A stretch of 64,000 bases of DNA from Eledone cirrhosa (Eukaryota). Positions within the stretch are counted from its first letter, which is position 1. Each line of letters begins with the position of its first letter. Positions 1 through 12,399 of the stretch are shown piece after piece. Both the position numbers and the translations under genes were made by a program. The stretch lies in the NCBI GenBank assembly GCA_964016885.1, contig OZ024745.1:13950001-14014000 (forward strand), in the 5' to 3' direction. The notes below the pieces were generated by a model. That model ran no database searches and was not told the origin of the DNA. It saw only the letters and a list, made by a program, of their open reading frames with translations.

Positions 1-38
<38 letters not shown>

Positions 39-46
39 GAGAGAGT
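1..46. repeat. (GA)n microsatellite
   Basis: Pure GA run with one interruption at the window start. Confidence 0.95.
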
Positions 47-194
47 GTTTATACTCAGAAAACAATGTACATCTAATATATATAGAGAGGTGTTTATGCT
101 CAGAAAAGAATCTACACCTCCATGCTTCCTGAGATTCGCCAACACTACACCTAATATTCCCCCTCCATACACATACACACATGTACATCATGAC

Positions 195-292
195 TCTTAC
201 ACTATTCACTTCCCTGACATTTGTACATTATTGTATGTACTATACATGCACCTGAGCACTGTACACAATAATTTCATTATTATTATTATTAT
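195..292 (+). mobile_element. 3' tail fragment of a retroelement ending in (TTA)n; second copy at ~29405-29510
   Basis: ATTCACTT(C/T)CCTGACATTTGTACATTATT...TATACATGCACC...GCACCTGAGCA(C/T)TGTACACAAT is shared with 29410-29505 and followed by a TTA tail. Confidence 0.55.
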
Positions 293-436
293 ATTTTTAT
301 ATTTTCATTGTTAAATTAGTCTTGTCATTGTGCACTTTTATTCGACCTTATTGTAAACCCCCACTGTCCCTGTCTTTGTATTGTCCCCTACATGTCGGCC
401 CTTGTGGCTAATAAATGAAATTATTATTATTATTAT
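293..436 (+). mobile_element. 5'-truncated 3' UTR of the Tx1/L1-clade element
   Basis: TTCATTGTTAAATTAGTCTTG...CGACCTTATTGTAAACCCCCACTGTCCCTGT...AATAAATGAAA(TTA)n matches the 3' UTR at 55490-55606. A shorter piece lies at ~886-941. Confidence 0.8.
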
Positions 437-1051
437 ATGGAGAGGTGTTGATAGTCAGAAAAGAAAATCGTCTGCTTACTTTTTTTCTTTTCTTTTTTAC
501 AAAATATTTGAAATGTTTTAACTTTAGCTACCGGAGTAACAGAACTACTTTAACAAAACCCAAGCTGGGAACCACTGCTGCAGTGAATAACATCCATTCT
601 CATAGATATAAAAAAACAAAAAAAATGTTGTTGATCAAATTGTAATACAAATAAGACAAATAAGCATGTCATTATTTCTGTGGAGACAAAAATAACAAAA
701 AACTAAATGTAAATATTTAATAATTGACAAAGTCAGGGAAATTATGTGAAACAGTCACGAAATAAAGACCAGTTAAAAATAAACCCAGTGCAGTATGTCT
801 AGTGTATAAAAGTTAGATGACCTACATTCTCACAACTATGTTGTTGTTGTTGCTGTCACTACTGACTGAAGAATGTCATTAAACAGTATTGTCCCCTATA
901 TGTAGGCCCTTGTGGCCAATAAAGAAAGAATTATTACTATTAAATCAACTTTTCCCTCTCCCCAAATTGCTGGCCTTGTGCTTGTAGTAGAAACCATTAT
1001 TACTACTACTATTCACTGGTACAATATGATATATTTTACTAATGACATGAG

Positions 1052-1057
1052 AGTGTC

Positions 1058-1136
<79 letters not shown>

Positions 1137-4100
1137 TTATGTGTATATGAGTGTCTGTGTGAGTATGTATGTAAGTGTCTGTGTGTGTGAGTATGTGTAT
1201 ATATGAGTGTGTGTGAGTATGTATGTAAGTGTCTGTGTGTGTGATTATGTGTATATGAGTGTGTGTGAGTATGTATGTACAGTGTCTGTGTGTGTGAGTA
1301 TGTATGTAAGTGTCTGTGTGTGTGATTATGTGTATATGAGTGTCTGTGTGAGTATGTATGTAAGTGTCTGTGTGTGTGTGTGTGATTATGTGTATATGAG
1401 TATCTGTGGGTGTGATTATGTGTATATGAGTGTATGTGAGTATGTATGTAAGTGTGTGTGTGTGAGTATGTATGTAAGTGTCTGTGTGAGTATGTGTATA
1501 TGAGTGTGTGTGAGTATGTATGTAAGTGTATGTGTGTGTGATTATGTGTATATGAGTGTCTGTGTGAGTATGTATGTAAGTGTCTGTGTGTGTGATTATG
1601 TGTATATGAGTGTGTGTGAGTATGTATGTAAGTGTCTGTGTGTGTGAGTATGTGTATATGAGTGTGTGTGAGTATGTATGTAAGTGTCTGTGATTATGTG
1701 TATATGAGTGTCTGTGTGAGTATGTATGTAAGTGTGTGTGTGTGAGTATGTATGTAAGTGTCTGTGTGTGTGAGTATGTGTATATGAGTGTGTGTGAGTA
1801 TGTATGTAAGTGTCTGTGTGATTATGTGTATATGAGTGTGTGAGTATGTATGTAAGTGTCTGTGTGAGTGTGTATATGAGTGTCTGTGTGAGTATGTATG
1901 TAAGTATCTGTGTGTGTGAGTATGTGTATACGAGTGTGTGTGAGTATGTATGTAAGTGTGTGTGTGATTATGTGAATATGAGTGTGTGTGAGTATGTATG
2001 TAAGTGTCTGTGTGTGAGTATGTGTATATGAGTGTGTGTGAGTATGTAAGTGTCTATGAGTGTCTGTGTGAGTATGTATGTAAGTGTCTGTGTGTGTGAG
2101 TATGTGTATATGAGTGTCTGTGTGAGTATGTATGTAAGTGTCTGTGTGTGTGAGTATGTGTATATGAGTGTGTGTGAGTATGTATGTAAGTGTCTGTGTG
2201 TGTGAGTATGTGTATATGAGTGTGTGTGAGTATGTATGTAAGTGTCTGTGTGTGTGAGTATGTATGTAAGTGTCTGTGTGTGTGAGTATGTGTATATGAG
2301 TGTCTGCGTGAGTATGTATGTAAGTGTCTGTGTGTGTGAGTATGTGTATATGAGTGTGTGTAAGTATGTATGTAAGTGTCTGTGTGTGTGAGTATGTATG
2401 TAAGTGTCTGTGAGTATGTGTATATGAGTGTGTGTGAGTATGTATGCAAGTGTCTGTGTGTGTGAGTATGTATGTAAGTGTCTGTGAGTATGTGTATATG
2501 CGTGTCTGTGTGAGTATGTATGTAAGTGTCTGTGTGTGTGAGTATGTGTATATGAGTGTCTGTGTGAGTATGTATGTAAGTGTCTGTGTGTGTGAGTATG
2601 TGTATATGAGTGTCTGCGTGAGTATGTATGTAAGTGTCTGTGTGTGTGAGTATGTGTATATGAGTGTGTGTAAGTATGTATGTAAGTGTCTGTGTGTGTG
2701 AGTATGTATGTAAGTGTCTGTGAGTATGTGTATATGAGTGTGTGTGAGTATGTATGCAAGTGTCTGTGTGTGTGAGTATGTATGTAAGTGTCTGTGAGTA
2801 TGTGTATATGAGTGTGTGTGAGTATGTATGTAAGTGTCTGTGATTATGTGTATACGAGTGTCTGTGTGAGTATGTATGTAAGTGTGTGTGTGAGTATGTA
2901 TGTAAGTGTCTGTGTGTGTGAGTATGTGTATATGAGTGTGTGTGAGTATGTATGTAAGTGTCTGTGTGATTATGTGTATATGAGTGTGTGAGTATGTATG
3001 TAAGTGTCTGTGTGTGAGTGTGTATATGAGTGTCTGTGTGAGTATGTATGTAAGTATCTGTGTGTGTGAGTATGTGTATACGAGTGTGTGTGAGTATGTA
3101 TGTAAGTGTGTGTGTGATTATGTGAATATGAGTGTGTGTGAGTATGTATGTAAGTGTCTGTGTGTGTGAGTATGTATGTAAGTGTCTGTGTGTGTGAGTA
3201 TGTATGTAAGTGTCTGTGTGTGTGAGTATGTGTATATGAGTGTCTGTGTGAGTATGTATGTAAGTGTCTGTGTGTGAGTATGTGTATATGAGTGTCTGCG
3301 TGAGTATGTATGTAAGTGTCTGTGTGTGTGAGTATGTGTATATGAGTGTGTGTGAGTATGTATGTAAGTGTCTGTGTGTGTGAGTATGTATGTAAGTGTC
3401 TGTGATTATGTGTATATGAGTGTGTGTGAGTATGTATGTAAGTGTCTGTGTGTGTGAGTATGTATGTAAGTGTCTGTGAGTATGTGTATATGAGTGTGTG
3501 TGAGTATGTATGTAAGTGTCTGTGTGTGAGTATGTGTATATGAGTGTGTGTGAGTATGTAAGTGTCTATGAGTGTGTGTGAGTATGTATGTAAGTGTCTG
3601 TGTGTGTGAGTATGTATGTAAGTGTCTGTGTGTGTGAGTATGTGTATATGAGTGTCTGTGTGAGTATGTATGTAAGTGTCTGTGTGTGAGTATGTGTATA
3701 TGAGTGTGTGTGAGTATGTATGTAAGTGTCTGTGTGTGTGAGTATGTGTATATGAGTGTGTGTGAGTATGTATGTAAGTGTGTGTGTGTGAGTATGTATG
3801 TAAGTGTCTGTGTCTGTGAGTATGTGTATATGAGTGTCTGTGTGAGTATGTATGTAAGTGTCTGTGTGTGTGAGTATGTGTATATGAGTGTGTGTGAGTA
3901 TGTATGTAAGTGTCTGTGTGTGTGAGTATGTATGTAAGTGTCTGTGAGTATGTGTATATGAGTGTGTGAGTATGTATGTAAGTGTCTGTGTGTGTGAGTA
4001 TGTATGTAAGTGTCTGTGTGTGTGAGTATGTATGTAAGTGTCTGTGAGTATGTGTATATGAGTGTCTGTGTGAGTATGTATGTAAGTGTCTGTGTGTGTG

Positions 4101-4665
4101 AGTATGTGTATATGAGTGTGTGTGAGTATGTATGTAAGTGTCTGTGTGTGTGAGTATGTATGTAAGTGTCTGTGATTATGTGTATATGAGTGTGTGTGAG
4201 TATGTATGTAAGTGTCTGTGTGTGTGAGTATGTATGTAAGTGTCTGTGAGTATGTGTATATGAGTGTGTGTGAGTATGTATGTAAGTGTCTGTGTGTGAG
4301 TATGTGTATATGAGTGTGTGTGAGTATGTAAGTGTCTATGAGTGTGTGTGAGTATGTGTATATGAGTGTGTGTGAGTATGTATGTGTCTGTGTGTGTGAG
4401 TATGTGTATATGAGTGTGTGTGAGTATGTATGTAAGTGTGTGTGTGTGAGTATGTATGTAAGTGTCTGTGTGTGTGAGTATGTATGTAAGTGTCTGAGTA
4501 TGTGTATATGAGTGTGTGTGAGTATGTATGTAAGTGTCTGTGTGTGAGTATGTGTATATGAGTGTGTGTGAGTATGTATGTGTCTGTGTGTGTGAGTATG
4601 TGTATATGAGTGTGTGTGAGTATGTATGTAAGTGTGTGTGTGTGAGTATGTGTATATGAGTGTCT
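1052..4665. repeat. GT-derived complex satellite built from GTGTGAGTATGTATGTAAGTGTCT / GTGTGAGTATGTGTATATGA modules, starting with pure (GT)n
   Basis: Directly visible 3.6-kb array. The His/Thr-rich ORFs here are its translations. Confidence 0.97.
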
Positions 4666-5019
4666 CTGTCCATGAGAGAGTTCCCAACTCTTTATATTCA
4701 CTACTAATTAAATATTCTGTATAACATATCTTACAGTAATAAGTCTACCTATATAGAATTTTCCAGAATAATTAACCTCATCTTTAGAGATGATAGAGCA
4801 GGGTTCTCAAAATCAAGGACTCAAAAGGGGTCATTATGTCCTGAGGGAAGAGGCACAGCGAGCCCAAAAGTGAAATGAGGAGAGGCGTGATTCCACCAGT
4901 TATAACGCTAATCTGCAATACAGCTAATATGCTGAATATCATAAATAAGTGAGATATGTGGATTAGTACAAAATGTAGGAGCACAAATTTTCCAAATTAC
5001 CAAGTTTTATGGAAATATA

Positions 5020-5582
5020 CTTCTTCTTCGCCCACTTATCCCTAACAGGGTCGTGCAGGCAGAGCCCTCAAACACTCCTTCCAGAGGGTCCTGTCAGAAG
5101 CAACCATCTCCAACTGATCCGGGTGGATCCCCAAACGAGACCAGCCTAGCTCATAGATGTTATCCAACCATCTTGCTCGGGGTCTACCCCTGGGTCTCTT
5201 ACCGGTTGGTTTTGCCCGTAACATCTGTTCAGCGATTCTTTCCTGAGACATTCTAACTACATGTCTGTCGTATTGGAGCTGTGATCTCTCAATTCAGAGA
5301 AGTAGCAGCTCCACCTGGAGTGATTCTCTGATCTCCGAGCTATGCCTTCTATCAAGTAATGTTACTCCAAAGACCCTTTGGAGGAACCCCATTTTGGCTG
5401 CTAGTATTAGCGCTGGTATGGAAATATTAACGCATAAAATTGTTTTGTTGTGGAGCATAGAAAAGTAGTTTGTAGGCCATGTGTTAGAGACCTCTGTGAT
5501 ATTAAATGTACTGGGTTGCATTTTACTGTGGCACTAGCAGCAGAGAGGTTGTCACATGCTTAGAACTGACTGAAGAGCAGTC
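5020..5582 (-). mobile_element. Non-autonomous RTE (Expander-like) 3'-end element with an extra ~190-bp 5' segment
   Basis: Minus strand reads MGFLQRVFGVTLLDR...LLL*IERSQL...GKRPRGRPRARWLD...DRTLWK, typical of an RTE C-terminus, with a GAA-type tail. Confidence 0.8.
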
Positions 5583-5769
5583 TCTACTTTAGATCTATGA
5601 TGTCATCCCATTAAAAAGTCCTTACACATAATGATCTGTCCAATAGAAAATATGTTTCAAACAGTTGAATTGACAAACACATTTTTAGATATTTTCTCTT
5701 AAACCATTACAGGATGTTATGGGTTAGAGGAAGAATTTATTGGTGTTTAAAGAAGAAATTTGTTGATGT

Positions 5770-6002
5770 TTAACCCATTTGATACCAAACTGTCTAAAAC
5801 TGGCCCTTGTTCTCTGATACTAAACTGTTTGTATTTATCTAAAAACCTCCCATCATAAATTTATGTAAGAACCTTTATTAAGTTATCCACTGAATACCAA
5901 CTTAATAATGACAACATTAGTTATATTACTAAAGCCCTCCAAAAATTCTTGGTAATTTTCAAAATAATTTGAAAATAATAGGCAGTGTCTTTCTAGAATA
6001 AA
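5770..6002. mobile_element. TTAA-CCC-terminated (piggyBac-like) MITE family B; related pieces at ~14063-14225, 22983-23428, 28507-28830, 45888-45985, 48803-49045, 56370-56530
   Basis: TTAACCCATTTGATACCAAA start; shared internal text (CTTAATAATGA..ATTAGTTATATTACTAAA..ATTTTCAAAATAATT..GGCAGTGTC); other copies end GGTA(T/A)CAAAA(A/G)GGTTAA. Confidence 0.6.
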
Positions 6003-6056
6003 CCACATGCCACACACACCCACACACTGGAGATTATACACATGAACAAAGTAATG

Positions 6057-6882
6057 ACCACACATCTACACTATGATAGTATAGAAAACAAAGTGGTGGT
6101 GGTGATGATGATGATGGTGGTGGTGGTGGCGGTGATGATGGTGGTGGTGGTGAGGGAGGTGGCAGTGATGATGGTGGTGGCGGTGGTGATGGTGGTGGCG
6201 GCAGTGGTTGTGAGGGTTGTGGTGATGATGGAGGTGGCAGTGGTTGTGGTGGTGATGGAGGTAATGATGGTTGTGGTGATGGTGGTGATATGGAGGTGAG
6301 GGTTGTGGTGGTGGTGATGATGATGGTGGTGATGATGGTGGTAATGGAAGTGGTGATGATGGTAGTGATTGTGGTGGTGATCTCATATTTATCCTATGAT
6401 AGTATGGAAAACACATATAATAATGATGGGGCAGGGGGGTTGTGATGATGGAGGTGGTAGTGGTGGTGTTGGTGGAAGTGGTGGTGGTAGTGCTGGTGAT
6501 GGAGGTGGTAGTGGTGGTGGTGGTGATGGTGGTGGTGATGGAGGTGGTGGTGGTGATGATGGAGGTGGTGGTAGTGGTGGTGATGATTGAGGTGGTGGTA
6601 ATGGTAGTGCTGGTGATGATGGAGGTGGTGATGGTAGTGCTGGTGATGATGGAGGTGGTAGTGGTGGTGGAGGTAGTGGTGATGGTAGTGGTGGTGGTGG
6701 TGATGTGGTGGTGATGATGGAGGTGATGACAGATGTGGTGGTAGTGGTGATGGTTGTGGTGGTGACCACACATCTATCCTATATTAGTATGGAAAACATA
6801 AAATAATGATGGTGGTGGTGGTAGTGATGATGGTGGTAGTGATGATGGTGGTAGTGATGATGGTGGTAGTGATGATGGTGCT
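6057..6882. repeat. (GGT/GAT)-rich low-complexity array punctuated by three copies of a ~40-bp motif
   Basis: ACCACACATCTA(C/T)(A/C)CTATGATAGTAT(A/G)GAAAACA-like motif at ~6057, ~6381 and ~6765. Confidence 0.85.
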
Positions 6883-7189
6883 GACAATATATATGTAAGG
6901 TCACCATGAGTGACTTAGCATATTTAGCAACTTTTGAGAGCTTTAGTTGTGGATTGTTTATTGGTGGAGAGGGGGAGCGGGAAATAAGTATAAAAGATTG
7001 TTTTTTGGTGAAGTTGAAAGAAAGTTGATTGTGATGACCTCATTGAAAGAGCTTTTTGAAATCCTCTGTTGATGGAGACTGTGCAAGTGTAGTGGGTGCT
7101 GAGAAGTTCTAAGTGGGTGACACGTGAGTGCCAGCCGTTAATGAGGCATGAAGGGTGAAAACAATTTACATTGTAGTTTTTTATGGTTA

Positions 7190-7415
7190 AAAGTGGCTTC
7201 TAATTTAGGTACAAGGTCAGTAATTTTGAGGGGAAGGGGAAAAGTTGATGTATGTTGCTGGTACTTAATTTTATCTTCATCGGCCTAAGAAGAGTGAATG
7301 ATGATTGGCAAAGTTGACCTCAACAAGATTTGAACTTAGAATGTAGAAAATCATAACTGAGTACCATAAAGCATTTTGTCTGATGCTCTACCAATCCTGC
7401 CAATCCACTGCCCCC
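7190..7415 (-). mobile_element. Diverged tRNA-derived SINE type 1
   Basis: GGCAAAGTTGACCTC..GATTTGAAC and CTGCCAATCCACTGCC match the intact type 1 copies. Confidence 0.65.
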
Positions 7416-7614
7416 TTTTTATGATTAAAAATAGCAGAAAGTTGGTCAGTTAAGTACAAATATAGAGAGTAGAAACACAACCAAACTTTGTGATATGTTA
7501 TACTTGGTAAAATGTCAATAAGTGAGAACCCTGCCAAAATATGATGTACTGAAACAGTCTGACAAGAAAGTTCTTAAGACAGGAGACTTATGTACCACAT
7601 GAGTATATATTCTG

Positions 7615-8029
7615 GGTATGGTAGGGGAACACTGCACACCCACCTAGGTATGGTAGGGGAACACTGCACACCCACCTAGGTATGGTAGGGGAACACTGCA
7701 CACCCACCTAGGTATGGTAGGGGAACACAGCACACCCACCTAGGTATGGTAGGGGAACACAGCACACCCACCTAGGTATGGTAGGGGAACACAGCACACC
7801 CACCTAGGTATGGTAGGGGAACACAGCACACCCACCTAGGTATGGTAGGGGAACACAGCACACCCACCTAGGTATGGTAGGGGAACACTGCACACCCACC
7901 TAGGTATGGTAGGGGAACACTGCACACCCACCTAGGTATGGTAGGGGAACACAGCACACCCACCTAGGTATGGTAGGGGAACACTGCACACCCACCTAGG
8001 TATGGTAGGGGAACACTGCACACTCCACC
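7615..8029. repeat. 32-bp minisatellite, ~13 copies
   Basis: Unit GGTATGGTAGGGGAACAC(T/A)GCACACCCACCTA, period 32 (7615, 7647...). Confidence 0.97.
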
Positions 8030-8619
8030 AAAAATGGAACATTGCAGTATCATAGTTTGTTTTCAAACCTAATAATACACACAGAAACAAAGATTAAATT
8101 TGGTTGAACTAGTATATATATGTGTATATACATATCATCATCATCATCATCATCATTTTACGTCCGCTTTTCCCTGCTTGCATAGCTTAATATGTTTATT
8201 TTTGAGTAATAAATACTTATAGTGTGACAACAACACCAACAACATCAACCATATGCCACTGGTACAACCCCAAATGAAAAGTGAATCAGTTGAGGATGGT
8301 ATGAAACTGGACTAACGCCAGAATTTCTTCAAAGTGGTGAAATATATTCATAGGTTATATGAGAGAGAGCTGATATATTACATATTAGTTACTTTAGAAA
8401 TTTATTAACTGGCAAGATAAGTTAGCAAGAATATTTTCATGCCAAACATAATAAAATAAAATACTTTGGTCAAGCACTCCACTGTTCATTGAAAGAACTA
8501 ATCTAAGATGTTGTCATGTTAAAGCCAACCCTATGGTGATTCTAAACAGCAAGTTAGAGACTAAAAACAATAGGCTTGTTCATTGGATAAATGATGTAGC
8601 CTCACTAGTCCACCAACTA

Positions 8620-8833
8620 ATAATGGTTTCTGATTTAAGCACAATTTGGGGGGAAGGGGGAAAATTGATTAAATCGACCCCAGTGCATTACTGGTACTAT
8701 ATTTTATCAACCACATAAGGATGAAAGGCAAAGCTAACCTCAACAGGATTTGAACTCAGAATGTAAAGGGATGTAACTATATGCCGCAAAGCATGTTATC
8801 AGATGTTCTACTGATACTGCCAATCCACTGCCT
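8620..8833 (-). mobile_element. tRNA-derived SINE type 1
   Basis: Reverse complement has GGCAGTGGATTGGCAGTATCAGTAG (A box), GAGTTCAAATCC (B box) and the TTTGCCTTTCATCCTT core. Confidence 0.8.
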
Positions 8834-8987
8834 TAGTCCACTAACTAACAATACTGAAAAAAAAAAAGAAGAAAAAAGAGGAACCTAAGATAAAAATAGA
8901 CCCAGATGAGTGCTCCAGTATGTCCTCAACTATAAAGCAAGCCAAAGACCTAGTGTTTCTTTCCAGGTGTCTCCTATTATAGTAATT

Positions 8988-9172
8988 GTTTCTACTATTG
9001 GCACAAGGCCAGCAATTACCCCAGTGCATTACTGGTACTTTATTTTATCGACCCCGTAAGGATGAAAGGCAAAGTTAACCTCGGCGGGATTTGAACTCAG
9101 AATGGCAAGGGACGTAACTCTATGCGTCAAAGCATGGCGTCCGACTCTCTACCGATACTGCCAATTCACCGC
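8988..9172 (-). mobile_element. tRNA-derived SINE type 1 (octopus OK-like) with 15-bp TSD
   Basis: Full head and tail; flanked by CCTATTATAGTAATT at ~8973-8987 and ~9173-9187. Confidence 0.88.
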
Positions 9173-9255
9173 CCTATTATAGTAATTAATATGTCTTGAT
9201 CATCATCATCATTTTACGTCCGATGATGATGATGATGATGATGATCAAGACATAT

Positions 9256-9340
9256 GAATCCCGCCGGGGTCGATAAAATAAAGTACCAGTAATACACTGG
9301 GATAATTGCTGGCCCTGTGCCAAAAGTAGAAACAATTAAT
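9256..9340 (+). mobile_element. 5'-truncated, internally deleted SINE type 1
   Basis: AATCCCGCCG|GGGTCGATAAAATAAAGTACCAGT...GTAGAAACAATTA. Confidence 0.8.
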
Positions 9341-9699
9341 TACTATAATAGGAGACACCACAAAAGAAACACTATTACAATAAGATACTATTACAATATC
9401 CCTGAGTTGGTACACATAAGATCCTAGAATTGTAGTGAATAGGCAGAGGGCAACTATGAAGTTGCCTGTCACTAGCCTAAATTTAATGAGTCTAACACTC
9501 ACCCTCACTACCTAAACTGTACAGCCAACTACTTTGCTGTTAAATATATACCTGCCCCATCATTATCAGAATTATTAATTAGCTAGAACTTGTATTTATT
9601 TATATATTCCTTCCTTCTGATCAATCACATTAATGCAACTCTGTACCCTATAGTCTGTGTACATAACATTTCAGCTGAATTCTCTCTCACTTATCATCA

Positions 9700-9903
9700 T
9701 AATAATGGTTTCTGATTTAGGCACAAGGCCAACAATTTTTGGGAAGGGAAAAGTTGATTAAATTGACCCCCAGTGTGTTATTGATACTTTATCAACTCCA
9801 GAAGGATGATGGGCAAAGCTCACCTCAGCGGGATTTAAAACATAAAAGGCTGTCACAAAGCATGGTGTCCGACACTCTTCTGAAACTGCCGATCTACCAC
9901 CCT
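9700..9903 (-). mobile_element. Diverged SINE type 1
   Basis: TTAGGCACAAGGCC...GGCAAAGCTCACCTCAGCGGGATTT...CTGCCGATCTACCACC. Confidence 0.7.
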
Positions 9904-10371
9904 GAATAATAATAAAAAATGTTGTGTGACCTATAGACTAGACTAGTTAGCCATAAGAACACCAACAAAATAAAATCTTTCCCATCAAAGGAAGGCTCCG
10001 CAGAAGTCGTTGATAGTTTCTTTTTACCTCGCTAAATCTAATCAGTAGCGGAAGATTGAAATAGTTCATTGAGGTAGGTAGTACCTATGTTGACAATGAA
10101 GGGGTTCCTTCTCCAAATGAAGGGTAGATTGTCTGAAACCTCAGTACAAAGTATGATGTTGCATGGTTGTAACATGTAGGTACTGAATGCAAAAGATATG
10201 TAATGTTTAATGTGCATGAACGGCAAGGCTAGACATCCACTTGTTGAAGCCCTAAGCTATATGAAATTTGAGGTACTTCTCTAAAAAAAAATCCAGGTAA
10301 AACATTTTTTATAATTATACATGGTTATTAAATTAGTTACAAAATGAATCTCTTAACTAATTATATAGTAA

Positions 10372-10555
10372 ATAATATATTACTGTCATAACATGTAGCA
10401 CATACTATATTATTGTTATAACATGTGGTACATAGTATACTACTGCCATAACATGTAGCACTATATCATTATTTAACATATGGTATATAGTATATCACTG
10501 TTATATCATGTGGTACATACTATACTATTGTTATATCATGTCGTACATAGTATGT
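10372..10555. repeat. Degenerate ~30-bp tandem repeat, ~6 copies
   Basis: Recurrent TA(C/T)TGT(T/C)ATA(A/T)CATGT(G/A)G(T/C)ACATA. Confidence 0.75.
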
Positions 10556-10984
10556 TTTTAGATAATTATAAATACTTTAAAACAAACAGTTTTGCATTGT
10601 AGACCCAAAGGTAGTTTCAGGTTTGGTATCAAAAGAGTTAAATTTAGATGTTAACCAAGGATTGGTCATCTTTACAACTTTATTGAAGCACATAACTCAC
10701 TAAATTAATAATAAAAAATAAATAAATAAGCAACTTGTTTTTAAATAACTAATTGATTTAAATTAATGTCCCTGACATCAATCATTTAAGTAGCAGTTAT
10801 CTCACTGAAGACTGTGCCTAAGGATCTAAAAAAAAGTCTAAAGTCTCTCAAGCCTGGAGGCTCATCAGCTTGGTTCTTATCCAGGTTTCCATAGTGTTGT
10901 GTGACAGCTCACACCTATGCAGGTTTAGCTGGCCTCCTCCAAGGTATATCTCGTTGGAGGTGTCTTGGGTAATTTAATGATAGA

Positions 10985-11145
10985 GACCTCAGTCCTATCA
11001 TCTCATTTCTACAGCTGAGTAAACTGGAGCAACATGAAATAAAGAGTCTTGCTCAAGGAAATAAGACATCACCCGGTTCGAGAATTGAACTCACAACCTT
11101 TCGATTGCAAGCCCAATGCTCTAACCACTAAGCCATGCGCCTTCC
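10985..11145 (-). mobile_element. tRNA-derived CORE-like SINE type 2
   Basis: Reverse complement GGCGCATGGCTTAGTGGTTAGAGC..GTGAGTTCAATTC..TCCTTGAGCAAGAC..TTTATTTCATGTTGCTCCAG matches 55778 and 61145. Confidence 0.85.
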
Positions 11146-12399
11146 ATAGTGTTAAGTGACTGAGAGTACAAAACTCTCCCCCCCCCCTCCCGGACAGGAT
11201 GCCAGTCCATCACAGATTTAAAACCCCCAACTATTGAGGCTATTCATTTTCAACTGAGTATACTACGAAATGAAGTATTTTGCTCAAGAACCCATGACAT
11301 CATGTCCAACACACTTGCCACTAGGCCATGCTTATGCAATATTCCTAAAAAAGTAATTCCTTCTTAATTTTCATTGATTTTGGTGAATTGGCAGAGCACC
11401 ATGCTTTGCCATATTGATTCCAGCTCTCTGAGGTCAACTTTGCCTTTCATTCTTTTGGAGGGGTCAATAAAATAAAATACCAGTCCAAGGAAGTGGATTC
11501 GCGTAATTGTCAAAGAGTTGGATGAAATCCCTTGCATTATTTGTTCCTCTTTTTTGCATTCTAACTTCAAAATCCTGCTGTGGTTTACTTGTGTAAATTT
11601 AGCAGAGACCACTCTCTTGCAAGCATTGGTACCAGGTCTCTGGTTTTAGAATCCCCTTCTCCATTCCTTAGAGACTCCGAAAAGGTCATGGGCATTGCAT
11701 ATCCTTACAGACTAATCAGTGAAGAAAAAAATGTATCTGACTTCTTCCAAATCAATGTTCTTTTGTAAGTTAATGAAATAAAAAAATATTTTCTCTGCCA
11801 AAATATGAAGACTAAATTTATCTACATCACAATAATAACATACATAGAAGCCAGGCTAATATATAGTAGTGTAACACTAATAAATAAATGAAAAAGAAGA
11901 GTGGTAGCTTTGTCTCAGTAGACAAGGTTTGGTGAATGTATTAAAGTTGGGCAGTTACATAGAGAAAGTAGATGCAGGAGTATTAGTAGTAGTGGGAAGA
12001 GCTGACAGCTGAGTGAAAAATTGAAGGGTAATATTTCACATGACAGCCTTCTTCTAACCATAAACTTACTAAACCTTACACACTTTACGTATGAGTCACT
12101 GTTTTTTTTTTGGTGCTAATATATTGGGAATATAAAATATGAAATTAAAATGAGATACTTTAATGGAGAGATTGGAATTACAGATAAGCAAACCAACAAG
12201 ATTTCAGATAAATATGGAATGTTAATCAAGGATTTGCAATAACTTTCAAAATTAGAAAAAAATGCTAGTAACATTTATTTAGCGTTAACATTTTTTTTTT
12301 TTTCATCATTTTACTCGTCTTTATTTGAACATGTTGAAATAACCATATTTTAAATGTTGAAGTCATGCAGTGATAGAGTGCAAAGCAGTATAATATTTT

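Noticed and set aside
1207-4701. Long His/Thr/Tyr-rich and Val/Cys-rich ORFs (up to 373 aa)
   Set aside because: Translations of the GT satellite, open in several frames, with no protein features.
6042-6773. Poly-His, Thr, Pro and Gly ORFs
   Set aside because: Trinucleotide low-complexity DNA open in most frames.
7615-8029. CRISPR-like 32-bp repeat (also the 37-bp repeat at 17687-18398)
   Set aside because: Units are head-to-tail with no unique spacers, no cas genes, and a eukaryotic context.
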